Shown here one piece after another: positions 48,311-58,265 of a stretch of DNA of 64,000 nt. Source of the DNA: a bacterium (GTDB lineage: Bacteria > UBA8248); NCBI GenBank assembly GCA_965219955.1, contig OZ244799.1:2336001-2400000 (forward strand), in the 5' to 3' direction. The notes below the pieces were generated by a model that worked only from the letters and a program-made list of their open reading frames with translations, was not told the DNA's origin and made no database searches. Position 1 is the stretch's first letter. The number at the start of each line of letters is the position of its first letter. A program made the translations under genes and the position numbers.

Positions 48311-49265
48311 AAATGCTCCTCCCCCTGCGGGCCGCATCCAGCAGCTTATCCAGGCCGATGAGATTCAGATACTCCGTCCAGTTCTCCGGCGCGTAGAAGT
48401 ATTCATCCAGATACGCCTTCACGCCCTCCATCGGCTCTTTTCTCGTGAGTTCGGCGTAATAGTCCATGTGCGAGAACAAAGGCTCATAGACGCCGAAGCA
48501 CTCATGCGGCGCGCAGCCGTAGGGCGCCTCCACCACCGCGTCGACGGTGAAAAAGGGAATTTTCGTGTGATCGGGCCTTCTGCGAATCTGATCGTTCGAG
48601 ATGATGCGCTCGGTCGTGATGATGACCCGGTTCGCCGCCATCGCCATGTCGATGTCCATGAACGTCAGGCCGTCGAGCTGGGCGTTGCCGTAGGGGTCGC
48701 ACCTCTGCACGTGGATCAGGGCGACGTCGGGGTTCAGGGCCGGGACGAGGAGTATCTTCTCGCCCGTGAAGGGGCAGGTCATCTCTTCGAGGTTGTCGAG
48801 CTGCGCCGCCACGTCCGAGCCCATCATCGAGCGCATCGGCATGAACGGGACGCCCATGGCGCCCGCCCGGTAGCGCAGGCCGATGGACATGTGGCTCCAC
48901 TCCTCGAAACGCGCCAGCCTGTTCTCGGTGAAATGGCGCATGACGCGCGAGACGCCCCAGACGATCCCCTGGCTGAACCAGCTCGTGAGAATGTGGTTCC
49001 CGAGCCCCGATGCGAAGATGAGGTCGCCCTCGGTGGAGACGATGCTGCGCGAGAAGGAGAGGTTCTTCTTCCTCGCGCGAATGAGCGCCCACACCATGGC
49101 GAAGGGGGTTCTCGAAGCCGTGGAGCCGCCCAGGCTGACGTGCTCGCTGTCGTTCACGAAATCGCACGCCTCCTCGAGCGTCATCACCTTGTCTCTCAGG
49201 CTGCGATCCCGAGACTGGGTCTGTTCCCGGAGCGAAAGATAGTCTTGCGTCACGTTTTTCTCCAT
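48300..49265 (-). CDS. CoA-transferase subunit A (GctA/CatI-like)
   Basis: AGAMGVPFMP, CPFTGE, PDVALIHVQ.CD.YGN and PYGCAP motifs; start uncertain. Confidence 0.88.
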   Translation of the reverse strand: MEKNVTQDYLSLREQTQSRDRSLRDKVMTLEEACDFVNDSEHVSLGGSTASRTPFAMVWALIRARKKNLSFSRSIVSTEGDLIFASGLGNHILTSWFSQGIVWGVSRVMRHFTENRLARFEEWSHMSIGLRYRAGAMGVPFMPMRSMMGSDVAAQLDNLEEMTCPFTGEKILLVPALNPDVALIHVQRCDPYGNAQLDGLTFMDIDMAMAANRVIITTERIISNDQIRRRPDHTKIPFFTVDAVVEAPYGCAPHECFGVYEPLFSHMDYYAELTRKEPMEGVKAYLDEYFYAPENWTEYLNLIGLDKLLDAARRGRSIYDD

Positions 49266-49580
49266 CAGGCCGCAGGCAAGGATCCCCCTTGCCCGCAACA
49301 CGCTGAAACTCTCGTATCGGCAGTCGAAAAAATAGAAGTCCCCGCCAGTAGATTAAACCCAAGACACCGGATTCGCAACGGGGAAAAGAAAAATCGAATC
49401 TATTGAATTATTTAATGGATATTCCATATAATTCCGTCACGCATCGGGAGATCGTTTATCTGTTTTTTATCCGGTTTCCAGAAGATATCCAGCGAAACGA
49501 GTCCGCCCGGCGTAACGGGGCAGCATAAAAATCCATAATGAAACGACCGGCGCCTCGGCGAATGGTCTCATGAGGTTTCC

Positions 49581-50468
49581 ATGTTGAACTTACGGCAGCT
49601 CGAATACTTCTACTACGTGGCGAAACACGGCGGATTCACCCGCGCGGCGAGGCAACTGCCTTTCTCCATCCAGCAGCCCGCCCTCAGCATCCGGGTGAAG
49701 GCGCTCGAAGCGGACCTCCGGGTGAAGCTCTACCGGATCGTCGGCCGCAAGTTCCAGTTGACGCCGAGCGGCGAATACCTCTTCGACGCCGTCAAACCTT
49801 TTTTCGAGTCCCTCGATACGGTCGAGCGGCACCTGCGCGGGGAGACGCACGGGCGGCTCGTCGTGGCCGAAGCCGCCCCCATGCTGATACTGAAGGGCCA
49901 CCGGGCCGCACTGCTCAGGTTTCGCGAACGCTACCCGAACGTGCAGATTTCCGTGCTGGAGCGGAACTGGACGAATCTGCTCGAACACGTCTCCGAAGGC
50001 GCGGTCGATTTCGCCTTCGGCTCGGCGCCCGAGGCGCGGGGGAATTTCTCCTTCGAGGAGTGGACGGAAACCGACTATCTCCTCTTCTGTCCCGAGGGGC
50101 ACGCCGCCCTGAAGGAGAAGAAAATCGCTCTCGAGAGCATCGCGGCGCATCCGCTCATCCTGCTCGAACGCGGCACGGCGGACCGCCAGCACATCGGGCA
50201 CACCTTCGAGAAGCAGGGCGTATCCATCAACGTCGTCTTCGAGACGTCCTCCTACACCCTAATCAACGAAGCCGTGCTGAACGGTGCGGGCATCGCGGTC
50301 GTCAACGCGCTCTGGCCCCGGCCCGAGACCGGAAAAGGGTGGCAAACCATCAACATATCCCACCTGTTCGGGAAAAAGCGCATCGGCCTGTTCCGGCGAA
50401 ACGACGTCTACCTCCCCCCCTACGCGGGCGATTACCTCGCCATGCTGCGGGAAACCCTGATGACGTAA
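49581..50468 (+). CDS. LysR family transcriptional regulator
   Basis: N-terminal HTH FTRAA....QPALS..VK.LE and LTPSG; divergent from the CoA-transferase gene run. Confidence 0.93.
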   Translation: MLNLRQLEYFYYVAKHGGFTRAARQLPFSIQQPALSIRVKALEADLRVKLYRIVGRKFQLTPSGEYLFDAVKPFFESLDTVERHLRGETHGRLVVAEAAPMLILKGHRAALLRFRERYPNVQISVLERNWTNLLEHVSEGAVDFAFGSAPEARGNFSFEEWTETDYLLFCPEGHAALKEKKIALESIAAHPLILLERGTADRQHIGHTFEKQGVSINVVFETSSYTLINEAVLNGAGIAVVNALWPRPETGKGWQTINISHLFGKKRIGLFRRNDVYLPPYAGDYLAMLRETLMT

Positions 50469-50494
50469 CAAAAACGACCGCGCTTCCTGTGCTT

Positions 50495-50523
50495 TTGACG
50501 CCCCCCGCCCCATTTGCCATCAT
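50495..50523 (+). promoter_or_regulatory. Putative promoter giving a leaderless mRNA
   Basis: TTGACG-17 bp-CATCAT with extended -10 TG; ATG 7 nt downstream and no SD. Confidence 0.4.
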
Positions 50524-50529
50524 ACGCGC

Positions 50530-51858
50530 ATGAACGCTCACGACCTGAAAAGCTGGCTCGCACGCCTCGATGAGAGAGGATCGCTCAAGCGCGTATCGCG
50601 CAGCGTATCGCTCCGCCATGAACTCGCCGCGCTCTCCCAGAAAGAGGACGGGCGAAACGCCCTCCTTTTCGAGCGGACCGACGGCGCGCCGATGCCCGTC
50701 GCCGCCAACGTCGCCTGTAAGAGAGAATGGTACGCGGACGCCATGGGGGTCGCGCCCGGGGAGTTGCTCCGCGAGGTGCAGCGCAGACAGGAAATCAAAA
50801 TCAAGCCGAACGCGGTCGCCGATGCGCCGTTTTTACGCAACGTCATCACGAAAGATATCGACGTCCGGAAAATCCTCCCCCTGCCCACCTACCATGAACT
50901 CGACGGCGGCCCCTACATTTCCGCCGGCGTCTTCATCGCGCAGGACCCCGATTCCGGGGCGGGCAACGTGTCGATCCACCGGATGCACGCCCTGGAGCCC
51001 GACCTGTTCGGCCTGCTCGTCCTGCCGCGCCACCTGAAGGGGATGATACGGCGCGCCGCCGAGCGCGGGGAACCCTTAAAGGCGGCCGTCTGCGTGGGAC
51101 TCGACCCCCTGCTCCTGATGGCGAGCCAGCTCGTCCTCGCGCCCGGTGAGGATGAACTCGAAGCGGCGGGCGGGCTCAAGGGCCGCGCCGTGGACGTCGC
51201 CCCCGCCCCCTGGTCGGGGATTCCCGTGCCCGCGGGTGCGGAAATCGTGATCGAGGGGGAAATTCCGCCGGATGTGCGCAGGCGCGAAGGGCCCTTCGGC
51301 GAGTTCCCGCGCTACTACAGCCCGGCGGCGGAGCGCGAGGTATTCCGGGTGAAATCCATCGCCATGCGCGAGGAGCCCGTCTTCTATTCCATCGTGGCGG
51401 CGGGCTACGACCACCTGCTGATGGGCGCTATCCCCAGGGAGGCGGGGCTCCTGCGAGACCTCCAGAAGGCCGTCCCCGCCGTCACGGACGTCGTGCTCCC
51501 CCTCTCGGGCTCAGGCCGTTTTCACTGCGCCGTCCAGATACGAAAGACCAACGAGGGCGAAGCGAAAAGCGCCCTCATGGCGGCGCTCGCCGCGCACTAC
51601 GACGTCAAGCACGCCGTCTGCGTGGATCACGACATCGACATCCACAGGCCCTCTCAGGTCGATTGGGCGCTGGCGACGCGCTTTCAGGCGGATAAGGATC
51701 TGTTCGTCGTTCCCGGCGCGTGGGGCAGCCGTCTCGACCCATCGGCTGTGAATGGCGTCACGGCGAAGATGGGCCTGGACGCCACGGCTCCGCTAGGCGA
51801 ATTGGACGGCCATTTCCGCTCTCTCAGAATTCCGGGCGCCGAGGACGCAGAATTCTAG
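50530..51858 (+). CDS. UbiD family (prFMN-dependent) decarboxylase
   Basis: DGGPYISAG, SIHR, EIVIEG, EGPFGEF and TAKMGLDAT motifs. Confidence 0.92.
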   Translation: MNAHDLKSWLARLDERGSLKRVSRSVSLRHELAALSQKEDGRNALLFERTDGAPMPVAANVACKREWYADAMGVAPGELLREVQRRQEIKIKPNAVADAPFLRNVITKDIDVRKILPLPTYHELDGGPYISAGVFIAQDPDSGAGNVSIHRMHALEPDLFGLLVLPRHLKGMIRRAAERGEPLKAAVCVGLDPLLLMASQLVLAPGEDELEAAGGLKGRAVDVAPAPWSGIPVPAGAEIVIEGEIPPDVRRREGPFGEFPRYYSPAAEREVFRVKSIAMREEPVFYSIVAAGYDHLLMGAIPREAGLLRDLQKAVPAVTDVVLPLSGSGRFHCAVQIRKTNEGEAKSALMAALAAHYDVKHAVCVDHDIDIHRPSQVDWALATRFQADKDLFVVPGAWGSRLDPSAVNGVTAKMGLDATAPLGELDGHFRSLRIPGAEDAEF

Positions 51859-51891
51859 GCGACTCTACGAAATTTCTCTGAAGGGTCCGAC

Positions 51892-52854
51892 TTATTCCAG
51901 ATTCAGGTGCGGAAGCACTTCCTCTGTAAATCGTTCCAACTGGCCCATCTGATCCCGGTGGGTGAAGCGAAGAGAGATGTGCTCCGCCCCCGCATCAATG
52001 AAGGCGTTGATGCGCTCTACCAGGTCTTTCGCGGGGCCGTAGGTGCCCCATTTCTCGATGGAATCGCCCCAGAAAGGAGTGTAGTAGTAATCGAGCAGGA
52101 ACGCCTCGCCGTTTTTCATGGCCGATTCCTTGTCGTCGTCGATGCAGGTGGTCATGTACCACGCGGGCGTGCCCGGGTCGCGTCCGTTCTCACAGGCTAA
52201 GCGGACGATTTTCCCCCAGGTATCGCGAAACTCCTCGGGCGTCACGCGGTTGGGGAACCATCCGTCTCCAAACTTCGCCACCCTCTGCCAAGCGGTATCC
52301 ACTATGGCTGAGGCGATCCACATGGGCACGGTTTTCTGGATGGGCCTGTGCGCCAAGGTGACGTTTTCCACCTGGTAATATCTGCCCTCAAAAGTCACGT
52401 TCTCTTCCGTCCAGAGCCTGCGCATGAGCGTCATGTGCTCCTGCATGTAGTACATGCGCTTTCTGAACGGAACACCCAGGGTCTCGAACTCATGCACGCA
52501 CTCCTGGGGCTTCGGCGGGCCGATGCCGACGCCGAGAATCACGCGTCCTCCCGATATGACGTCGAGCGTCGCCACCTGGTAGGCGAGAAATACGGGGTCT
52601 CTCAGACAAGGCAGAAAAACGGCGGTCCCCAGCTTTACGCGCTTGGTCCTCACCGCCACGGCGGAGAGCACGCTGAGCGCCTCGAGTCTCGGCTTGGCGA
52701 GCACCGAATCGCCCACGAACACCGAATCGTAGCCGAGTTCCTCCGCACGTACGGCCAGGTCGATGATGGGGCCTACTTCCGGTACGCCCTTGTTCCAGAG
52801 CAACACCCCGCGCGTGGGGAGAAGCACGCCGAGTTTTACTTTTCTATCCGCCAC
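51892..52854 (-). CDS. LLM class flavin-dependent oxidoreductase
   Basis: GYDSVFVGDS, LGTAV and TLDVISGGR motifs. Confidence 0.9.
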   Translation of the reverse strand: MADRKVKLGVLLPTRGVLLWNKGVPEVGPIIDLAVRAEELGYDSVFVGDSVLAKPRLEALSVLSAVAVRTKRVKLGTAVFLPCLRDPVFLAYQVATLDVISGGRVILGVGIGPPKPQECVHEFETLGVPFRKRMYYMQEHMTLMRRLWTEENVTFEGRYYQVENVTLAHRPIQKTVPMWIASAIVDTAWQRVAKFGDGWFPNRVTPEEFRDTWGKIVRLACENGRDPGTPAWYMTTCIDDDKESAMKNGEAFLLDYYYTPFWGDSIEKWGTYGPAKDLVERINAFIDAGAEHISLRFTHRDQMGQLERFTEEVLPHLNLE

Positions 52855-52862
52855 TTCAAGGC

Positions 52863-54245
52863 CTAAAGGTGAATACCCGCGCTCGCGAGAATCCCGCGCA
52901 CGCGCTCTCGCTGCTCGTCTGGAATATGCAGCCGTTCCGCAAAGTCGCGCCCGGCGGGCTTGGTGGCGTCGATGCCCACTTTCGTGAGGGTATGATCCTC
53001 AGGGTCCGAAGTCGGGTCCAGGATGGCGCCCATCGCACCGTGGATGAAGTTGATGTCCTTATCCGCCCGCGTCCTCGTGATGACCGCCCAGGCGACATCG
53101 GAGAGATTGAAGATGTCCACGTCCTCATCAACGACCACGACACATTTGCAATAAAACTCGGTTCCGAGCGCCGCCATGATGGCCTGCTGCGGCTGGCCCT
53201 CGGCCGTCTTGTTCATCCGGACGATCGCCAGAAGCGCTCCCGCCGTATTCGAGGGAACGTGCACGGCGGAGACGCCCGGCAGGTTGCGCCTGAGCGTGTT
53301 GAGAATCTCCGCCTCGCGGCTCACGCAGGAGATGAGGATGTGATCCGCCGACATGCCCGAGGCCACGCTGTGGAGCATGGCGTCGCCGCGCATCTGCACG
53401 CGCTTGACGACGAACACGTTCTGTGTGCTGCGGTAGGACGCATAGCCGGTGAACTCGCCGAAGGGCCCCTCCTCCTCGCGCACCTCGTTCAGAATCTCTC
53501 CTTCAAGCACTATCTCCGCCCCTTCCGGGGCTTCCAGGTCCGCCGTCCCGCACCTGGCGACGCGATACGGCTCACCGAACAAGGCGCCGATGATCTCGTA
53601 TTTCCGCACTCCCGGCGGGTAGTGATAGGCCATCGAACCCATGTAGTGGACGGGGTGGACCCCGATGACGACCGCCGCGGGCAGGGGCTCGCCGGCGTCT
53701 TCGGCCTTTTTGTGAAAGTGGTACATGCGCCGGCGCGAATGCAGGGAGACGCCCAACCTGTTCTTTCCCTTGAGCTGCAAGCGGTGGAAGCCCGTCGTGT
53801 CCACGCCTGTTTCGGGATCTCGCGCCACGATCTGGCCCGCCGTGATGTAGGGAGCCGCATCCACGGGAAAATGAAAGGGAATGGGGAGTTTATGGAGATC
53901 CACCTCGTCTTCTTCGATGACGACTTCGCGCCAGGGAGCGTCCTCCACCACCTCCACGGGGAGGTAATTCTGGCAGCGGTCCTTGTAGGCGGTCGGCAGA
54001 TCGCCCGGCGCCACGTCGAGGCACGCCGCCAGGAGGTTGCGGTTGCCCGCGATGTTGGTGACGACCGAACCCTCGAAACCCTCCACGCGCTCGAAGATGA
54101 TGACGGGGTATCTGCCCGCGCGTTCGAACTCGAACACCGTGGGCGTGATGTCCTCCCTGCCGACGGGTTCTGCGATGCGCACGAGTTCTTCGGGGTGGTC
54201 TTTCTCCACCATCTCCAGGAAGCCGCGCAGGCTTTGGTCTACCAT
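52863..54245 (-). CDS. UbiD family (prFMN-dependent) decarboxylase
   Basis: DAAPYITAG, GFHR, EGPFGEFTGY, VVVVDEDVD and KVGIDAT motifs. Confidence 0.92.
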   Translation of the reverse strand: MVDQSLRGFLEMVEKDHPEELVRIAEPVGREDITPTVFEFERAGRYPVIIFERVEGFEGSVVTNIAGNRNLLAACLDVAPGDLPTAYKDRCQNYLPVEVVEDAPWREVVIEEDEVDLHKLPIPFHFPVDAAPYITAGQIVARDPETGVDTTGFHRLQLKGKNRLGVSLHSRRRMYHFHKKAEDAGEPLPAAVVIGVHPVHYMGSMAYHYPPGVRKYEIIGALFGEPYRVARCGTADLEAPEGAEIVLEGEILNEVREEEGPFGEFTGYASYRSTQNVFVVKRVQMRGDAMLHSVASGMSADHILISCVSREAEILNTLRRNLPGVSAVHVPSNTAGALLAIVRMNKTAEGQPQQAIMAALGTEFYCKCVVVVDEDVDIFNLSDVAWAVITRTRADKDINFIHGAMGAILDPTSDPEDHTLTKVGIDATKPAGRDFAERLHIPDEQRERVRGILASAGIHL

Positions 54246-54256
54246 CTCGCGTGCCT

Positions 54257-55048
54257 TTACCTGGCCCAGGAGCCGCGATCCGTATAGGGATTCTCGAGGG
54301 GCGGCAGGGGGGGAGCGCCGTCGCGGGGCGGCTCCTCATCCCAGAACTCGACCGCGATGACGCGCGCGGGCGCGCCCTCGGTGTCCTTGAGCTTCACCGC
54401 GCCCGTCACGAGCAGGACGCGCTCTTTCTGGATGGCGCCCATGTTCGTGCACCACTCGATGAGGCATATCCCGCGCTCGAGGAACTTGATGTGGTTGGGA
54501 CTCCAGTTCGGGGCGGGCCACTTGCGCTCCTCGGGGGGATAGAGCGGCGAATCACACGTCATGAAATCCTGGACGAGCGCCTTGATCCCCTTCTCGATGA
54601 GCCAGTCGGCCGCGTCGGTAGATAAATAGACCATGTGCTCCCAGAAATCGCGTGAGCCCCACATGCGATCGGTCCATTCCGCGCTGACGATGGCGATGTC
54701 TCCGGGGCGCACCTCCACGCCCGTGGCTTCCAAATCCTCGGCCGTCACGGACTCGGAATTGCCCTTGCCCGGCACCTTGAGCACGCAGGCGTCGCCGCAT
54801 ACGTGATCGAGCGGCAACTCGTCGTTCTTCAGCCCGTCGTGAAAGAAGTGATAGGGCGCGTCGTAGTGCGTGTAGCTCTGCGTGGTGGTGGTGAAGCCGA
54901 AGTTGCAGATGTGGTCCACGTCCAGCGTAGCGATGGGGGTGATGGTCGTGCCCGGAGCCGGCTTGTCGTAAATCTCATCGCGCGGAAACTGAACGTAGGT
55001 GTCCTCCGGGTCGACGGTGAGCGTGAGATCGACGAAGCGGTACGGCAT
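54257..55048 (-). CDS. Cyclase family (kynurenine formamidase-like) protein
   Basis: THYDAPYH, LS.DAA.WL and EGAPARVIA motifs. Confidence 0.82.
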   Translation of the reverse strand: MPYRFVDLTLTVDPEDTYVQFPRDEIYDKPAPGTTITPIATLDVDHICNFGFTTTTQSYTHYDAPYHFFHDGLKNDELPLDHVCGDACVLKVPGKGNSESVTAEDLEATGVEVRPGDIAIVSAEWTDRMWGSRDFWEHMVYLSTDAADWLIEKGIKALVQDFMTCDSPLYPPEERKWPAPNWSPNHIKFLERGICLIEWCTNMGAIQKERVLLVTGAVKLKDTEGAPARVIAVEFWDEEPPRDGAPPLPPLENPYTDRGSWAR

Positions 55049-55207
55049 GGCATTCCCCCTGTTGGAGCAAACGGATTTTGAAATAGAAGGCTCCCGCCGC
55101 CCATAAAATACGGACGGCGGGAGTCAAACCTCAATTCATGAACCGACAGCGGTTCTCGTTCCTGCTTTTTCTGGCGGCGGACCACCTACCGCCGCTTGAG
55201 TCATAAA

Positions 55208-56182
55208 CTAATTCCAGCCCTTCTCCTTGCAGTAGCGGGCCGCGCCGTCGTGGAACGGAATACCCATCTGCGCTTCCTTGCAGCCCGTCTTGGCCGGGTC
55301 GAAGTTCCTGAGGCCCTTGTGTCCCGCCCGCAGGTCCTTCACGTTGTCGAGCAGGGCTTTCACAATATTGTACGCATCCTTGTTGCTGAGCGCCGTGGAG
55401 CCGAGGACTGCGGTAGTGAAGCCGAACGTGTTCTTGGGCTTGTCCTGCCCCGGGAACGTCTTGGCCGGCATGGTGGCTTTCAGGAAGCCTATCCCTAAGA
55501 GCTTGTTGCGGAACTCATCGGCGATGCCCAAGAATTTCAGCTTTTTCTGGATCGCGATCGAGGTGAGCGCCGGGTGGCCCGCGTTCACGGTGTGGCTCAG
55601 CATATCGGCCTGGCCGTCCTTCATGCGGCTCTTGATGGCGCCGAAGCCGGTGTGCGTCACCGAACCGCCCATCTTCTTGATGCCCTCATAGGTGATGCCG
55701 TGCGCTCCGAGCATGGCGCGCGTGGCCCACTGGCCCAGCCCGCCGCGCGGAACCGTCACGTAGTTCACGGGCACTTTCTTCAAGTCCAGGATGCCGTTCA
55801 CCTTGGGGTTCGTGGTGACGATGCCCAGGAAGTACTGATCCAGGCCGCCTACAAGCCCGCGCAGGTTCTTGTAGGGCTTCTTGTAGGCCACCTTGCCCTG
55901 ATAAGCCCAGGCCGCCGCAACGCTGAAGGTGAGCCCCATGCTGAACTTGCCGGTACCGACGAGCTTGGGGTTCCCTACGCCGCCGCCTTTGGAGAGGGCG
56001 TCGATCTGAACGCCCACTTTCGCGTTGTTCACGATGTTCGCCATGGTGGCCGAATACACGTGCCAGCCGCTGCCTTTTTTCCAGCTTCCCATCGTGAGGC
56101 GAGCCGCTTCGGCCTGAACGGCCACGAATGCGCCGATGGCCACCGCAAGAACAAAAACCATTTTCCAGGATGTGCGCTTCAT
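55208..56182 (-). CDS. TAXI family TRAP transporter solute-binding subunit
   Basis: Signal peptide; GGGVGN and C-terminal IPFHDGAARY..E.G motifs. Confidence 0.9.
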   Translation of the reverse strand: MKRTSWKMVFVLAVAIGAFVAVQAEAARLTMGSWKKGSGWHVYSATMANIVNNAKVGVQIDALSKGGGVGNPKLVGTGKFSMGLTFSVAAAWAYQGKVAYKKPYKNLRGLVGGLDQYFLGIVTTNPKVNGILDLKKVPVNYVTVPRGGLGQWATRAMLGAHGITYEGIKKMGGSVTHTGFGAIKSRMKDGQADMLSHTVNAGHPALTSIAIQKKLKFLGIADEFRNKLLGIGFLKATMPAKTFPGQDKPKNTFGFTTAVLGSTALSNKDAYNIVKALLDNVKDLRAGHKGLRNFDPAKTGCKEAQMGIPFHDGAARYCKEKGWN

Positions 56183-56242
56183 GTCGAAAACTCCTCTGTT
56201 GGAAATACCACGAATATACTTCCGCCTATCATGCGTTTTTCG

Positions 56243-58114
56243 CTAAGCCATCGGACCCGCCGAATCCACGGCGAGGGCGCTTTTCTTCGCTCGTGCCAGA
56301 TGGCGCCAGAAAACAATGACCAGCAAAACGGAGCCGATGACGTCCGTCAACTTCTCGGGAACGATCAGCCCCAGGCAACAAATAAAGAATATCCCCCTCT
56401 CCCAACCTGCCAGGGGGAGCGATACGTGCCCGGTAATCGCCGCCGCCAGAGCCGCCACACCGATAATGCAGGTGATCGTTACCCAGAGCGTCTCACCGAG
56501 CGGACCGATGAACAGCATGGAGGGATTATATACGAACGCGAAGGGAATAAGAAATCCCGCCAAAGAAAGCTGAAACGCCTTCCAGCCCGTGGCGGTCAAA
56601 TCCGATTCGGCTACGCCCGATGCGACGTAGGCCGAGAGCGCCACCGGCGGCGTCAGCATCGAGAGAATGGCGAAATAGTAGATGAACATGTGCGCCGCCA
56701 GAACGGGGAGGCCGAGCTTGAAAAGCGCCGGACCCAGAAGCGTGCCCGCCATGATGTAGGCGGCGGCGGTCGGCATGCCCATGCCCATGATGACGCAGCC
56801 GATAAGCGTCAGACCAAGCGCGGGCAGGATCATTCCGCCCGAGATGTTGACGATGAGGCCCGAGAACTTGAGGCCGATTCCCGTATCGTCCACCACACCG
56901 ACCACGACGCCGGCGATGGCGCAGGGAACCGCGACGGGGACCGTCATGCGCCCGGCCTTCTCGAGCGCTTCGATTATCTTCTCGAACCCCATGCGGGTCC
57001 CCCTGCGCACCCAGCTGAGCACCACCACGCCGATGGCCGCCGAGGTGGCCGACCACATCAAAGTGAAACCGGCGATCATGTAGCCCAGGAGCAGGATGAT
57101 CGGAAAGAGCAGAAGACCGCGTTCCAGGAGGATGCTCTTGAGTTCCGGCATCTCCTCTTTGCTCAGACCCTTCAAGTTCAGCTTCTTCGCCTCCAAATCC
57201 ACCATGCAGAACAGCGAGACGTAGTAGATGATGGCCGGAATGGCCGCCGCGCCCGCCACCCTCAGGTAAGGGGTGCCCGTCATGTCAGCCAGGATGAAGG
57301 CCCCCGCCCCCATGATGGGCGGCATGAGCTGCCCGCCCGTGGAAGCCACCGCCTCCACCGCGCCCGCGTAATGGGGGGCGAAGCCAAGGCGCTTCATCAG
57401 CGGGATGGTGAAGATGCCGGTTCCTACGACGTTCGCCGTAGCGCTCCCGCTGATGGTTCCCATGAGGCTGCTGCTCACGATCGCCGCCTTGGCCGGACCG
57501 CCCCGGAACGAGCCGGTGAGCCGGATAGCCAGGTCGATGAACATGCGCCCGCCGCCCGAGACTTCGAGCGCCGCCGAGAAGAGCACGAAATAAAACACCA
57601 CCTCCACGCTCACGCCCAGCGGAACGCCCAGCAGGCCCTCGACGCCCAGAATCTGGAACTCGATGAACTCGGTCAACAGGATGAAGCGATGCCCGAGTGC
57701 GCCCGGGATCAGGTGGCCGAGAAAATTATAGGCCAGCGCCACGACGGCCACCGAGGTAACGCCCCAGCCGAGATAACGGCGCGAGGCCTCGACGGTCAGG
57801 AGGATATAGGCCAAGCCTAAGTAGATATAGCGCGTGGGCACCTCATCCACGTCGCGGATGCGCTCGTTCAGGAAGTTCCATTCCCACAGATAAAGCAGCG
57901 CGATGACCATGGCGATAACGGTCAGAACGTAATCGACGGGGCCTACGCGGCCTTCCTTGCGAAACGGTTTGGTGAGAAAGACGATGCCCAGCGCGAAGCT
58001 CAGGTGAAGAGGTCTGGAGGTGAAGACGTGAAGCATCCCGAAAAAGGCCCAGTAAAGCTGGATGACGGACCAGACGATAGCCAGAAGCGCAATCGGGTTC
58101 AAGAATCGCTTCAT
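56243..58114 (-). CDS. TRAP transporter 4TM/12TM fused permease
   Basis: GGPAK, GTISGS..ANV, STGGQLMPPIMGAGAF, GMGMPT and TPPVAL motifs. Confidence 0.93.
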   Translation of the reverse strand: MKRFLNPIALLAIVWSVIQLYWAFFGMLHVFTSRPLHLSFALGIVFLTKPFRKEGRVGPVDYVLTVIAMVIALLYLWEWNFLNERIRDVDEVPTRYIYLGLAYILLTVEASRRYLGWGVTSVAVVALAYNFLGHLIPGALGHRFILLTEFIEFQILGVEGLLGVPLGVSVEVVFYFVLFSAALEVSGGGRMFIDLAIRLTGSFRGGPAKAAIVSSSLMGTISGSATANVVGTGIFTIPLMKRLGFAPHYAGAVEAVASTGGQLMPPIMGAGAFILADMTGTPYLRVAGAAAIPAIIYYVSLFCMVDLEAKKLNLKGLSKEEMPELKSILLERGLLLFPIILLLGYMIAGFTLMWSATSAAIGVVVLSWVRRGTRMGFEKIIEALEKAGRMTVPVAVPCAIAGVVVGVVDDTGIGLKFSGLIVNISGGMILPALGLTLIGCVIMGMGMPTAAAYIMAGTLLGPALFKLGLPVLAAHMFIYYFAILSMLTPPVALSAYVASGVAESDLTATGWKAFQLSLAGFLIPFAFVYNPSMLFIGPLGETLWVTITCIIGVAALAAAITGHVSLPLAGWERGIFFICCLGLIVPEKLTDVIGSVLLVIVFWRHLARAKKSALAVDSAGPMA

Positions 58115-58265
58115 GGAAATTCCGTCCCCTTGGTGATGCGTTTTCACGAATAAACGCCAGACGCGAGCAATAGCGTCTCACATGAAAATTACGAGCGCAT
58201 TACGCGCATGAATTTCCAGTCTCACTTCACAGGCGACTTCACCTGCCTGCCATTCGGCGCCCGAT

